NCBI RefSeq assembly: GCF_022045235.1 | Contig: NW_027266297.1 | Span: 72,540,001-72,604,000, forward strand | DNA length: 64,000 nt | Origin: Haliotis cracherodii | Lineage: Eukaryota | Direction: 5' to 3' | Shown here: piece by piece, positions 26,101 through 38,925 of the stretch | Layout of the letters: every line of letters starts with the position of its first letter | How positions within the stretch are numbered: the stretch's first letter is position 1 | Program-made: the position numbers and the translations under genes | The notes under the pieces: model-generated | The model's database searches: none | Seen by the model: only the letters and a program-made list of their open reading frames with translations | Told to the model about the DNA's origin: nothing

Positions 26101-29100
26101 CCCTTGAGACATATCTTCATCCTGCCCATGTGTATCTATATGGGAGACAGTTTTTGGTGATTGATAACATTATTTTAAAAAAGAATTGCAGGTGGATAAA
26201 GGCTAGTATGCATAACATCTGCAACACATGATATTAAGACACATGGTACTGTAAATATCCAAATTGATACGACTGCTGTACTCTAGCCAAAAATGCTATT
26301 GTGTAACTCCTATTCTTTGAATGACATGGTTATATACTTGTTACAACTGCTGCTCAATAAACAATATTTGGGTTTATATGCAAGTTAGTATTTCCGCTGT
26401 CCAAAGTGTGCAGTGAGGTCGTCTTATTTATTGATAGTCATTTTGGAGACATAACTGCGAAGTTTCATTAATATGAACAAAAAACACTCACATTTTTTGC
26501 ATTGAATTCATGCTCATGTTATTTTTAAGCTTTACAGTATTATTAAGCCAATAAGTCCATCAATGATTTGTTTTTTCAGCCCACTTGGCATATTACTCCC
26601 CAGCCCCACAGCCCCCCCGCCACCCACCCCACTCCAAGTTATCAGGAAATAATTTCTTTCTGCCCTCTATTTTGTCATGTATCTTAAAAGCTTTGTGTCG
26701 TTGAGAGGAAGAGTGAAAATGTTTTCTTGATATTTTAATCTTTTGCAGATTTGGTTGTGATGACTGTTCATTACAAGCACATAGGCGAAACTTTTTACTT
26801 TTTTCACCATGGGGCGTCCATGTATGCTTACTACTATGTCACAGTAAGTACTCATGCTATCAACCTCTGGTTTGTTAGTATTGTTTACAGGCTGCCATCA
26901 CAGTGCTGTAATGTTGCTGTGTGTGTTATTAATGAACAAAGAAACACCAAAACTAAAAACTATACGACATGCTGAACACTGCCCTGACAAAGTCCCTTCA
27001 TGTTGTGCCCCGTGAAGATCTGGGTAAGAATCTCCAGCAACCCATGCTTGCTGTAAGAGGTGACTATGTGTTGTAAGTGGCAACTAATGTGATCAGGTGG
27101 TCCTGTCTCGATTATTTACAGACTGCCATCATATGGCTGGAATATTGCTGAGTGCGGTGTTAAACCACAAACCAACAAACAAGCACTACATCATGTACAT
27201 TAGGCGGCCCTGACAAAGTCACTACATGCTGTAGGCGACCCTGACTAACTCACTACATGCTGTACTCTATCATGACAAACTCACTACATGCTGTAGGCAG
27301 ACATGACAAACTCACTACATGCTGTACTCTATCATGACAAAGTCACTACATGCTGTAGGCGGCCCTGACAAACTCACTACATGCTGTAGGCAGACATGAC
27401 AAACTCACTACATGCTGTAGGCAGACATGACAAACTCACTACATGCTGTAGGCAGACATGACGAGGTCACTACATGCTGTAGGCAGACATGACAAAGTCA
27501 CTACATGCTGTAGGCGGCCCTGACAAACTCACTACATGCTGTAGGCAGACATGACAAACTCACTACATGCTGTAGGCAGACATGACGAGGTCACTACATG
27601 CTGTAGGCAGACATGACGAGGTCACTACATGCTGTAGGCAGACATGACAAACTCACTACATGCTGTAGGCAGACATGACAAAGTCACTACATGCTGTACT
27701 CTGTCATGACAAAGTCACTACATGCTGTACTCTATCATGACAAAGTCACTACATGCTGTAGGCAGACATGACAAAGTCACTACATGCTGTACTCTGTCAT
27801 GACAAAGTCACTACATGCTGTACTCTATCATGACAAACTCACTACATGCTGTAGGCAGACATGACAAACCCACTAAATGCTGTAGGCAGACATGACAAAC
27901 TCACTACATGCTGTACTCTGTCATGACAAAGTCACTACATGCTGTACTCTATCATGACAAAGTCACTACATGCTGTAGGCAGACATGACAAAGTCACTAC
28001 ATGCAGTACTCTATCATGACAAAGTCACTACATGCAGTACTCTATCATTACAAACTCACTACATGCTGTAGGCAGACATAACAAATCTCACTACATGCTG
28101 TAGGCAGCCCTGACAAAGTCACTACATGCTGTAGGCAGACATGACAAATCTCACTACATGCTGAAGGCAGACATGACAAACCCACTAAATGCTGTAGGCA
28201 GACATGACAAACTCACTACATGCTGTAGGCAGACATGACAAATCTCACTACATGCTGTAGGCAGACATGACAAACTCACTACATGCTGTAGGCAGACATG
28301 ACAAACTCACTACATGCTGTAGGCAGACATGACAAATCTCACTACATGCTGAAGGCAGACATGACAAACCCACTAAATGCTGTAGTTGGCCCTGTTAAAG
28401 TTACTACAGCTGTATATCTATCATGACAAAGTCACTACATGCTGTGGGGGCACGGGTGGCCCAGTCGTCTAAGGCGCCGCGATTCGCTGTGCAGAGTTGC
28501 GTCCCTTGGGCATGCCAGAAACCTATGATTGTGGGTTCGAATCCCGGTTGGCCCCACATTTGTTTCTAGGTTTGTCAGTACCGTAGCAGTGCTCGTGGGT
28601 TTCACCGAAGTGGTAAACGTCTGAAACCTACATCACTTAGGCTTTCCTCCCACATTAAGCTGACACGCTGCGATATAACTTGAATACTGTTTAAAGCTCG
28701 CTCACTCACTCACTCACTCACTCACTACATGCTGTACTCTATCATGACAAACTCACTACATGCTGTAGGCAGACATGACAAAGTCACTACATGCTGTAGG
28801 CAGACATGACAAAGTCACTACATGCTGTAGGCAGACATGACAAAGTTACTACATGCTGTACTCTATCATGACAAAGTCACTACATGCTGTACTCTATCAT
28901 GACAAACTCACTACATGCTGTAGGGAGACATGACAAACTCACTACATGCTGTAGGCAGACATGACAAAGTTACTACATGCTGTAGGCAGACATGACAAAC
29001 TCACTACATGCTGTACTCTATCATGACAAAGTCACTACATGCTGTACTCTATCATGACAAATCTCACTACATGCTGTAGGCAGACATGACAAACTCACTA

Positions 29101-30722
29101 CATGCTATACTCTATCATGACAAACTCACTACATGCTGTAGGCAGACATGACAAACTCACTACATGCAGTACTCTATCATGACAAACTCAGTACATGCTG
29201 TACTCTATCATGACAAACTCACTACATGCTGTAGGCAGACATGACAAAGTCACTACATGCTGTACTCTATCATGACAAATCTCACTACATGCTGTAGGCA
29301 GACATGACAAACTCACTACATACTGTAGGCAGACATGACAAACTCACTACATGCAGTACTCTATCATGACAAACTCACTACATGCTGTAGGCAGACATGA
29401 CAAACTCACTACATGCTGTAGGCAGAGAAGACAAACTCACTACATGCTGCACTCTATCATGACAAACTCACTACATGCTGTAGGCAGACATGACAAACTC
29501 ACTACATGCTGTAGGCAGACATGACAAACTCACTACATGCTGTAGGCAGACATGACAAACTTACTACATGCTGTAGGCAGACATGACAAACTTACTACAT
29601 GCAGTAGGCAGACATGATTAACTCACTACATGCTGTAGGCAGACATGACAACAGTGTACACCCCAATACATTCCCTCACGTTCATTATGGTAGTTATGTG
29701 TCACTGCTATGTTTCTCTGTTCCAGACATACGGAGTGCTTTCCTACTTCGCCAATTACCGCCTGATGGCAGAGTTTTCCACAGCATTTGTCAACCAGAGG
29801 TTTGAGTTCTTTTATTTTGGGGACGTTTAGGAGCTGTATTAAAATTTCCCAGAAATATGTTTTCCTTGATTCTGACTCACTCCATCAACTGAAATGAAAG
29901 AAATTAAACTTGAAGGACAAATTCAATCCAATTCTGAAACATTGTTTTTAAGTAGTATTAGAAACATGACATGGTTGATTGTGTTCTATACAAGGTGTTT
30001 GTGTCTACTGTACTAAGATGCAGGAAGTTTCACCCATGAAGATCCAGGTTTGAATAGGTCCTCAGCAACCCATGCTTGCCCTAAAAGGCAACTCTGCCTG
30101 TCGTGAAAAGCGACTAACAGGATTGGGTGGTCAAGCTCGCTGTCTTGGTTGATGCATGTCATCGTATCCCAATTGCGTGGATCGATGCTCACGATGTCAA
30201 ACACTGGATCGTCTGGTCCATACTCAATTAATTACAGATTGCCGTCATATAGCTGGAATATTGCTGAGCGTGGCATTAAACAACAAACAAACAAACAAAC
30301 ATGGGAACCAACTGTCTGATTACAATATACTTGGGTGCACCAGAAACCTTGTCGGACATCCTAACTGACCTTGTCCTTCCTCTTTCAGGTGGTTCTTTGA
30401 TGTGTTGCGCTACCCAAAGAACAGTCCCCTCTTCATAGGAAATGGTTTAGCGATGACAGCAGCATTTTTCTTGGCACGTATAGCAGTGATGCCGTCTTAT
30501 TGGTCAAAAGTTTACAGCGTATATGGCACAGAAGATTTTGCCCGCATCGGTCATATACAAGGAGTGCTTATTGTCACCTGTGTTATTCTGGACGTAATGA
30601 ATATTTTCTGGTTTTACAAGATGTGTTTGGGTGTGAAGAAAGTTTTGACTATTTTATTAAAGTTAAATACACCCATAGAAGAAAGTCGACCAGCGATACC
30701 AGTGGAAGACAAAGTGAAGTAG
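20174..30722 (+). CDS. TLCD4: TLC domain-containing membrane protein TLCD4 (TMEM56), 6 coding exons, about 275 aa; N-terminus may extend upstream
   Basis: Exons 20174-20349, 24810-24899, 25731-25789, 26749-26843, 29726-29799, 30389-30722 with consistent phases. Motifs QIDWNTRVNSTLH, DPIW, GYMASD, YFFHH, ANYRLMAEFSTAFVNQRWFF, NGLAMTAAFFLARIAVMP, LDVMNIFWFYK. Confidence 0.9.
20555..20712 (-). mobile_element. SINE-like family B, 3' half
   Basis: Reverse complement of the family B body and tail. Confidence 0.75.
20831..20986. mobile_element. Short MITE, hAT-like termini
   Basis: CAGCGGTAGAAA ... TTTCTAACCCTG; homologous copy at 53903-54058. Confidence 0.6.
21196..23030. repeat. 68-bp minisatellite, about 27 copies, in a TLCD4 intron
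   Basis: Unit GTAGGCCTTGCTAGCCCTTACCCCACACCTATACAGTTTCAGCAACAAGAGATCAGATGATATGATAG. Confidence 0.97.
23130..23457. mobile_element. Tc1/mariner (pogo/Tigger-type) MITE
   Basis: TIRs CCGTATTCGACGTAATAAGCGCCC / GGGCGCTTATTACGTCGAATACTG, TA on both flanks; inverted copy at 46265-46609. Confidence 0.85.
23561..23885. mobile_element. pogo-like MITE, degenerate
   Basis: TA|CCGTATATCG ... CGATATACAG|TA imperfect TIRs. Confidence 0.55.
24359..24496 (+). mobile_element. tRNA-derived SINE, family A
   Basis: GGGGCGGTTGGATAGCCTAGTGGTTAAAGCG (A box) ... GGGCTCGATTCCC (B box) followed by family A body. Confidence 0.85.
27008..27180 (+). mobile_element. SINE-like family B, internally deleted
   Basis: CCCGTGAAGATCTGGGT...CAGCAACCCATGCTTG...GCTGGAATATTGCTGAGTGCGGTGTTAAAC. 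Confidence 0.75.
27184..29650. repeat. 31-bp minisatellite with two interspersed variant types, interrupted by a SINE
   Basis: GACAAACTCACTACATGCTGT followed by either AGGCAGACAT or ACTCTATCAT. Confidence 0.95.
28446..28722 (+). mobile_element. tRNA(Leu/Ser)-like SINE, family C, inserted in the 31-bp array
   Basis: A box GGTGGCCCAGTCGTCTAAGGCG, B box GTGGGTTCGAATCCC, (CTCA)n tail, duplicated flank TCACTACATGCTGT. Decayed relatives near 36910-37125 and 42140-42300. Confidence 0.8.
30031..30300 (+). mobile_element. SINE-like family B, full length
   Basis: CCCATGAAGATCCAGGTT...GGTCCTCAGCAACCCATGCTTG...GCGACTAAC...GCTGGAATATTGCTGAG and (AAAC)n tail. Confidence 0.85.
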
Positions 30723-30811
30723 TCAATGTTGTCATTTGTCTTTTCATGATTTGAATTTACTTATGAAATTTTATCACCAATAGAGATAGCACCTTATTTG
30801 GTGTCTTTAAT

Positions 30812-33108
30812 AATTTCTTATTTTTAAACTTATCCTACCTCACACTATGTCTCTCTTCTTTGTTCTTCGATCCTATGTGGAAACATGCTTCAACAGTTTC
30901 CAGCATCTGAAAAACAATTGAACCAAACACACCCCAGCCTCACCACGGCCACTCCCCAAACAAGTAGGTCACACACTGTACTCCCATGCATAGCGACCTA
31001 CGCAACCTAGTCATGTGATTTTCCCTGCCATATCATTCTCTTTGTCATTGCTACTCAGTGGAGATGTGTATGTGAATAGTGAGAGAATATAGTTTTGGTG
31101 TTTTTACCAGATTTCCTCTAATAAGCCCTTAATGTGCGACAATTTGAGGATAAGATGAGCAAAGATCTTAGTCCTCGTCCGGCTTTTTCTGCCTATGACC
31201 CTTACAAGATCTGCTGTGACTGCTGGAGACGATGCAGTCTTTCCAAGCAATGAGTGTGATTACATGACAGAGGAATCCTTCTAAGTCTATATTGTAGGGA
31301 AATGCCACAGACATGAAATGGGCAGGTGATCAAAATCGCGGGATTCTGACAAGGCCACGCCGTCTGCTGTCAAGAAACTCAAGAAATCTAATAAGGCGTC
31401 TGTCCTCGCCTCCGTTGTTGTTTAACTCCCTTGGATTCCTCTTTACTTCAAGTGACACCTGAACTGTCCGTTCTTGATACCTCTGAATCCACATCTACGA
31501 TGGAACAACCAGCGATCTCAGATGTTCGTAAAGTGTTTGTGGCAATAAATCCAACTGAACCTCCAGTGACTCCAGTGGACTTTCGGTCAATCCCCTCTAG
31601 GAAGCCATGTTCGGAGGATCGACTCTCTAGGAAGCCACGTTCGGAGGATCGACTCTCTAGGAAGCCATGTTCGGAGGATCGACTCTCTAGGAAGCCACGT
31701 TCGGAGGATCGATTCTCTAGGAAGCCACGTTTGGATGATCGACTCTCTAGGAAGCCACGTTCGAAGGATCGACTCTCTAGGAAGCCACGTTTGGAGGATC
31801 GACTCTCTGTCAATCGACATTCTCATAAGGAGACTCCTGATTACAGGTATGACTCCTACTCGACAAAATTTGGATGACGATTATTACACAGATTCTGCTG
31901 AATGTTATTTGACTTTGGGTAAATCCTCATCCCCCTGTTCTTCAGATAGATGTCGCCAACGTGATCACTCCCGTTCCTACGAATATCATCATGGTCAACG
32001 AGATTTCTCGTTTGGGATTGTTCGTGGTACAGTGTTTATGATCACCAACCACATTGACTTTATCCTCCTTGGGGTGGCTATCCCTGTGCTGTGCTCTATC
32101 CCGACTATCCTGATTTTTACTTGTCTCCTCCACAGGATCAGTCCTTTGGTCGACATAACCGAGATTCTAAAAGTCCCTCTCCTGCTCAGACATGTCCTTC
32201 TACTTGTGTTGCCGGGTACTGGCTCAAAGATCCTCTTCTGCATATTGTCGATCGTTCCTCTTCTCACCTTAGCATGCTTCAATCCCTCAGGCGTGTTTGA
32301 TAGCTTTGACGAAGCTTTAAAAGAGATGCCTGGCAGTCACACTCTTTCGTCCATGGGAGATAGTTTTGCATCCTGTCTTGTAGAATTGATTGACTGGAGA
32401 CCCTTTGATTATTGATTATCAATTATAGATTGATTATATGTCGCATGCAGTATCGCTTGTTCTATACAGAGACGCGTCATTCATGTAATGGTATCATACA
32501 TGAAAACACATTTCGCATGATATACCTGATTTCATGCTGTAACATCCAATTAGCATATCAGGATTGTAATTCCAGCTTCGCTGTATTTCCCTGCTGACTC
32601 ATTGTCTTTGAGTCACTAAGCAGTGTTTTCAATATCCTATTAAATTCACTGTTTAGCAACAGCTTCCTCGTGTACGTTTTAAGGTTGTAGTTTATTACAG
32701 GCTAGGGTATCTGCGCCCCACCATCTAACTGTATAGTGGGAGATAGGATAAGTTTTGTAATTTGGAAATTGTTTTTTGGAAATTATATATTTATATACTT
32801 ATCCTATCACACACATTATATGCCCTTCCAACCATCCCCACATCCCCCGTAGCTTGTTAGCTCTGACGAAAGAGAATGATATGGCGGGGTTAAGCAAGTG
32901 ATAAGTCTTGTAGGTCGCTATGCACAGAGTACAGTACATGACGTATTTGTTTGGGTAGTAACCATGGTGATGATGGTATGTGTTTGGGTGAATTGTTTTG
33001 TAGAAGCTGGAAACTGTTCAAGTATGTTTCCACATATGATCAAAGAAGAAAGCAGAGATGCATCTTGTCAGATAGGATAAGTACATAAGTATACAATTTA
33101 CCATAAAA
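30812..33108 (+). mobile_element. Non-autonomous DIRS1-like element: ITRs, internal complementary region, decayed gag
   Basis: ~225-bp inverted terminal repeats at 30826-31052 and 32859-33085. ICR at about 32736-32812 is the reverse complement of the left end joined to that of the right end. Stop-disrupted Cys-rich gag-like start (DPYKICCDCWRRCS) near 31195, then a Ser/Arg-rich ORF. No RT or recombinase visible. Confidence 0.8.
31596..31809. repeat. 30-bp repeat, 7 copies, within the DIRS gag remnant (RKPRSEDRLS)
   Basis: Unit CTCTAGGAAGCCACGTTCGGAGGATCGACT. Confidence 0.9.
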
Positions 33109-33874
33109 TCTCCAATAATAGATTTTAAAATTCAAGAAAAATAATACATAATTGATGTGCTTCTTTTTCGTGTTCCTTTGGGGAAATTCAATGATTTACT
33201 AGTCATTAATGAGTGTTGTGTGTCAATCGACAGCGTCAATCATTGTCGTGACTATCCTAAATCAAATCTCTGATTTACGCTTTCACCCAACCATTTTATC
33301 TTAGCGTGTTGGGAGAGACATGTATTATTTTTCTTCCAGAAGGCAAAATTTGGGGCATCAACATCAACAATAATTTCAGTGTGACTTTGGAGACTAATTT
33401 AAAAATTCACCATTTCAGATATGACAGGACTGATAACTCTGTTTTGAAAGATTTCCATATTCAGTTTGTGCACATTGTGATAAGGAAGCATTCTGATGTC
33501 TGTCTCCATGGCAACCCATCTTTCAACTGTGTTCCATCTTTAATGAAAGTGCTCAAGCTGTTTCTCATTGATTGCCTTTTCAGGTGTTCTTCATTTTTGC
33601 TTTATGACAGAAGATATGTCTGACTGTAATTTTAACACTCCACCGTGAATTTCTGTATGTGTGTGAGGCAAAATTGTGGAAAAGAAGCTTTATTTGTTTG
33701 CTTATTTTCCATGTTTTGTAGATTTGAAGAAATGTGATATTTGTGTTTCTGAGACCCTGTTACAGTGTTACGAATCCCATGGGAAAAGGGTTAATCAGCT
33801 TTAGTTGAAACATACGTCGACTTTGTGCTCTTAGATGAGGTGACAGGGACGGGTAGGCTCAGAAATAAAGGACA

Positions 33875-33990
33875 GGGGCCCCTTCCACAGAACGGTCTTA
33901 GTGCTAAGTCAATCATAATCCTATGTTAAAGTATGGTACATGTATTTATGATCATCTTAGCGCTAAGATCGATATGTGGAATGGGCTGCA
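33875..33990. mobile_element. Small palindromic MITE remnant
   Basis: GCCCCTTCCACAGAACGGTCTTAGTGCTAAG ... CTTAGCGCTAAGATCGATATGTGGAATGGGC imperfect inverted arms. Confidence 0.55.
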
Positions 33991-34668
33991 GGTCTACTGC
34001 GTCCTTCTTACACAGTGACAGAACTATGTGTCATCGGATAACAATGTAGAAACAACTGTTATATTCCTAGACGTCTTGTCTGAACATGTCAATCTACTAC
34101 AGTATCAGTGAATCACAATTGTTTTCATGAAACAACAATTTCAGCAGTAACCAATTAGGCCATGATAAATTAATTACCCCCATTATTATATTTCATCACC
34201 ATCCACCCCACTGCCAAACACCTCACCTCACATCACGTTATTGTCCCTGCCTGCAGATGAAGCAATGTGTTGCCTTAGTGTTATGGCTGATGAAATACAC
34301 CATGTGCATAGTTCTGCTTAACATTCATGCTTCATGGGACTCACATCCATCGCAAGATGCCTTGAACTGATACCTTCAACAATTTAAAAAATTAAATATA
34401 AAAAATACTTCAACCTCATATTTAAAAATGGGATGAAAGTCTAATAATTAATTTATTGTGGCCTTATCCTTACTTGACTGGTCGACATTGTCTTCATATC
34501 ATGCCTTAGATGCTTATGTTGACACAGTAATCTATGAACGTACTATTGCAGAAAATCTGAAGCTTGTCATCACTGTTAAACGAATGTTTTTCTATCAGAT
34601 ATTTTCATTCTATTTTCAATTGTTTCTTCATATCCTGAAAACTGTACGTTGTACTTTACATGTCAAAT

Positions 34669-34838
34669 GGGGATGGTCGGGTAGCCTAGTGGTTAAAGCA
34701 TTCGCTCGTCAAATCAAAGACCCGGGTTCGCTTCCTGACATGGGTACAATGTACGAAGCCCATTTTTAGTGTCCCCCGCTGTGATATTGCTGGAATATTG
34801 CTAAAATCGGCGTAAAACCTCACTCACTCACTCACTCA
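34669..34838 (+). mobile_element. tRNA-derived SINE, family A, full length
   Basis: A and B boxes, family A body and (ACTC)n tail. Confidence 0.88.
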
Positions 34839-36357
34839 CATGTCAAGTTATGTCACACGTGGGAACAAGTTATTTGGCTTTTACTACACATGGTAAGAGA
34901 ACAATAAACAACATGAAATATATTTTCACTATGATCACTGCACAAAAGAGACACTTCGGACCAGTGTCCGGCGTCCAGTGTTGTAAGAGAATGTGGATTG
35001 ACTGGTTACAATGGCCACTGAACATGGTACAGAAATGAGTGACCATTTGGTGGGGCCAGCTTTGGCTGAGACTAGCACTGTGGCTATATGACATGCCCTT
35101 GCACTGCACATGTTGTATAACTGAATACATTGTAATTCTGTAGTTCACCTATATATATCACAAAGATGGATGTTTTGGGTCAGTTGTAAAGTTTGCCAAC
35201 TTTGTTTCACCTTTCTTATGGGTTTTTATAAATAAGGTACAATTATAAGAGATCCTATTAAAGATCCTTCAATGTTGCATTAGGACCAAGTCCAGCAATT
35301 TTATCTTTGGAGGAGAAAGGTGTGTTGATGTTTCGTATTGTTTTAGGAAAAATCATATTTTAGATTTATTAAACTGCTGACAAAATTCTTGGCAAAATAT
35401 TCAAAACTGATCCAGCACCACCTCCTTTTTCAAAAGATAAAATGTTTATCTCTAATTAAGCAAACATCTTGCCTGTATATGTTTTAGTTGTTTTACCAAA
35501 GTGACGCATAATAAGGAACCATCAGTGTTTCTTAATCAACCAGTCCCATGCCCCTTTACGAATCTAGTCAATGCATTTCAACAAATGTATTTAATGTGTT
35601 CGAAAGACTTCTTCATCATGCTTAATGTTGGAATGTAATTATTGTGAAAATCATTATAAAGGCACCTCTTTTATAAATGTCGTGAAACTGAGAATTTTTC
35701 AATCCATGGTCAGCTGTGTTTGTTAGTGAAGTTGTCAGTAGACTTAGAATAGTCGTGGGAATCATGGTGTTTTCCATTACACGTATTCTGTCTGGATTCA
35801 GCGGACCATGATCACGGACTGAGGATCAATGGTGAGCCTGTGTGAACCCTGTTTATAGTTACATTTAAAGCTGATGTTAGATACTGTTAGAGTAACTGTT
35901 CGTGGTAGAAACTGAATGTGGAAAAAATGTTTTTTTATTACTGAAAGCAAACGTGTTTAGGTAAATGGAACATGCATAGTTTATGTTGAGCTGCATGGCT
36001 GAAGAAGCAGACTTGATGGCAATAAGTTCAGTTAATTTTTTATTTTTTTTATTTTTGTGACGATATTCTAATAAGGAAGAGAATTTATGGATGTCAACTT
36101 CTTGATTATGAGGAACACAACGTTTCATAGTAAATACTTACTCCCTCATAATATAGAAGTTGACATCCATAAATTCACTTCCTTGTGTATATCACTTCTA
36201 AATGCCTTTCAAACATTTACTATTCTGATTAACAGAAATTATAGGAAGAATGATGCCTGATGCCATGGTGATGGTGATAGGTAGTACTGATGGATCAATT
36301 GGTGAATCCTGCTAGGATAACATTGGATTATGTTCATGGTTGTTGCTCTTAAGGGAT

Positions 36358-36502
36358 GCGGGGCAGTGGTTAAAGCCTAAGACCTGGGTTCAATTCCCGA
36401 CATGGGTACTATGTGTGAAGCCCATTTCTGGTGTCCCCCGCTGTGATATTGCTGGAATATTGCTAAAAGCGGCATCAAACCCATACTCACTCACTCACTC
36501 AC
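36358..36502 (+). mobile_element. tRNA-derived SINE, family A
   Basis: GTGGTTAAAGC..GACCTGGGTTCAATTCCCGACATGGG...GCTGGAATATTGCTAAAAGCGG and ACTC tail. Confidence 0.85.
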
Positions 36503-38369
36503 TTAAGGGATGCACAGATACAGAAGTCCAAACAGCAATACATGTCCAACAGTCCACATCACACTACACTGGTTCACAGTAAACACAGTTCACAAGCATG
36601 GTAGTCACCAATATCATTAAAATCAGATCTTAGTGCTCACTGCTACAAAAGCAGTGGTAGGAGGCCCTAGAATCTGATGTTAGTGAGATTGGGTACTCAC
36701 GTCTGTACAAGGAAACAGAATAAATTGATACATTTGCTTTTAGTTTGGGCCTTTATGACAGGAAGTCCTGGACTTAAAAACCAGAAAGGTTGACAGCTGC
36801 AAAACAAAAATCAAATTCCACATAATCAGCATTTATCAGTTTCCGTTTCGTATTGGTTGTGTTATATGTAACGTTTAGTATCATGGTGTGTCGATTTAGG
36901 CCTGAGGAAGTGGGTGGCCTGGTGGTCTCAGCTGCCACAGTTCACTCTCCAGAGTTGTGTGCCTTACACTGCCAGGATCTGCTGATTGTAGCTTGGAAAC
37001 CAAGATTCAACCAGTGTTTGTCAGTTTCCTCAGAGTTGTAAAACTCCAGACCATGGGGCTTTCTTCTCACATCAAGTTGACATGCCAGGACATGACTGAA
37101 ATACTCTTCGAGCGTTAAACCCAACTCATTTTATCCAGACGACTACTTATATGTTCATTGTTTGTGAGAGCTTTGGTGATGCAAAGAAATGCATTGGTCA
37201 CTTAGCATGTGTTTGTTATTGCTGACGTCATGCACTAGTTTATTTTTCAAGAGGTATGTTGATTTTTTGAGAATATCAAATAATGACATCAATCCGGTTC
37301 CTAATACTTTGCAACGTGTGGCCGTAGTGTTCATTCACTTAGGTGTCAATTGGTCCAGATTAAATTTACTCTTGAATAAGTTGAATATTGACTCTCAGGC
37401 TTTTTGCTTCAGTATCAGCATGCTGTATTTGTTTTAGTGGAACCTTTGCAGGAATATCAAAATCTTTGTGGAGTTATGAAGAGGATACCTCTTTGAAGAA
37501 CGAGGTGTCACTGGATTCCAAGTTTGAAGGAGTTGGTGCGAAACAAAATGAAATCAGTTATCAGTCTTTCATAGATATTTTTTGTTCTGAAAAGAGGAGG
37601 TATCAAAAACTGACTGTTATTAGAATACATCACCAGCATTCTGGATAACAGCACACTTTTTCAAATGTTATCATTTGAAGTCCGTTGGTAGATGTACTTT
37701 AATGATCGTAAGAGAACTTGTATACATAACCAAACTGCAGAGGTTGCTAGTTTTGTGTGGGATTGTTGTTAAAAATGTACTTGTTTATTGTTTACAATAA
37801 TTTTTACATTTTACATTATCCATTGAGTCTCAACTGCTTTTTTCATAGACTTGAAAAAATTATGTTAGACCAGTTTATTTTTATTTTTTCCTAATAAGCC
37901 ACGATTCAGTAGGCAGAATAAATATTTCAAGGGAAAAGTTGATGCAATATTAATATAACATTTGTTACATTTGACCACTTTCTAAATGGCATTTGTGTGT
38001 TCGTAATATTAATAACCTTTTAAATATTAATATTAGCTGCCCAGAAATTTAACGCATCTAGATGGTTAAAATGTTAAAAATGCTCCTGAAGTTAAGATTT
38101 TCAAGATAAGCATTTTTCTGTCCCTACATTTTATATTTTTCTTTTTCACTTTTGCTCAAATAAAGGCAGGCATGTCCTTGATACAGGACACTTAGGCCAG
38201 AATTGTTTTTTGGGAGGTCTACAAATTTTGAATTTTTATTTTGTAAACCAAGCAAAGAACATGTGAGGCCCTCAAGTGGTCTGGCCTGATGAAGAAATCC
38301 AACATCTCACTGTACTAGAACATTGAAGTTTGACATGCATTGGCTGTGTCTGGTCTGTGCCACATTGTA

Positions 38370-38925
38370 CAGTAGGACACGGATATAACGAACACGGATA
38401 GAGCAAAGAAATGGATACAACGAACTGTTACAAAATCCCCAATTTATCTCCTCTTTTATCATATAAAATGTGCATATATAACGACCTCTCTATAGCGAAC
38501 TAACGTATATACAAACTGATATCTGATCCCCGACAAGCCCTACTACCACCAATTAGTGATGTGTACAGTAAATGGAGAAATCTCACTCAGTGTCAAGTGT
38601 CACTGACAATTGGCTGTACGCAGTCAGCGCAAATCAACACAATCAGTGGTGACGATTCAAACTTGTTGAACTTGCTTTATGCTAATTTTACCTGTAACTG
38701 GACTAATCTTATCTGTAAGACAAACATAAATTTCACGCGATTATGTCAAAGTGTCACTTTGCACATGGTATCATGGCGGGCAATGCAGCAGTTACATGTA
38801 CTGTGTTTTGTTTTGTTTCATCCAAGATAGCAGACGTTTCCGAGCGAAAACATATATAACAAACAATGTATGTAAGGAAGTGATTTCTCCGGTCCCTAGT
38901 AGTTCGTTATATCCATGTTCTACTG
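38370..38925. mobile_element. Tigger/pogo-type MITE
   Basis: TA|CAGTAGGACACGGATATAACGAAC ... GTTCGTTATATCCATGTTCTACTG|TA. Confidence 0.8.

Noticed and set aside
28446-28556. tRNA gene
   Set aside because: A and B boxes are present, but it continues into a SINE body and ACTC tail with a duplicated flank, and no clean cloverleaf is evident.
21196-29650. Regular repeats resembling CRISPR arrays
   Set aside because: Units are contiguous without unique spacers, the DNA is eukaryotic and intronic, and no cas genes are present.
31735-32415. 226-aa ORF as a host gene
   Set aside because: Inside the DIRS-like element, overlapping the decayed gag region and its 30-bp repeat; no recognisable domain.
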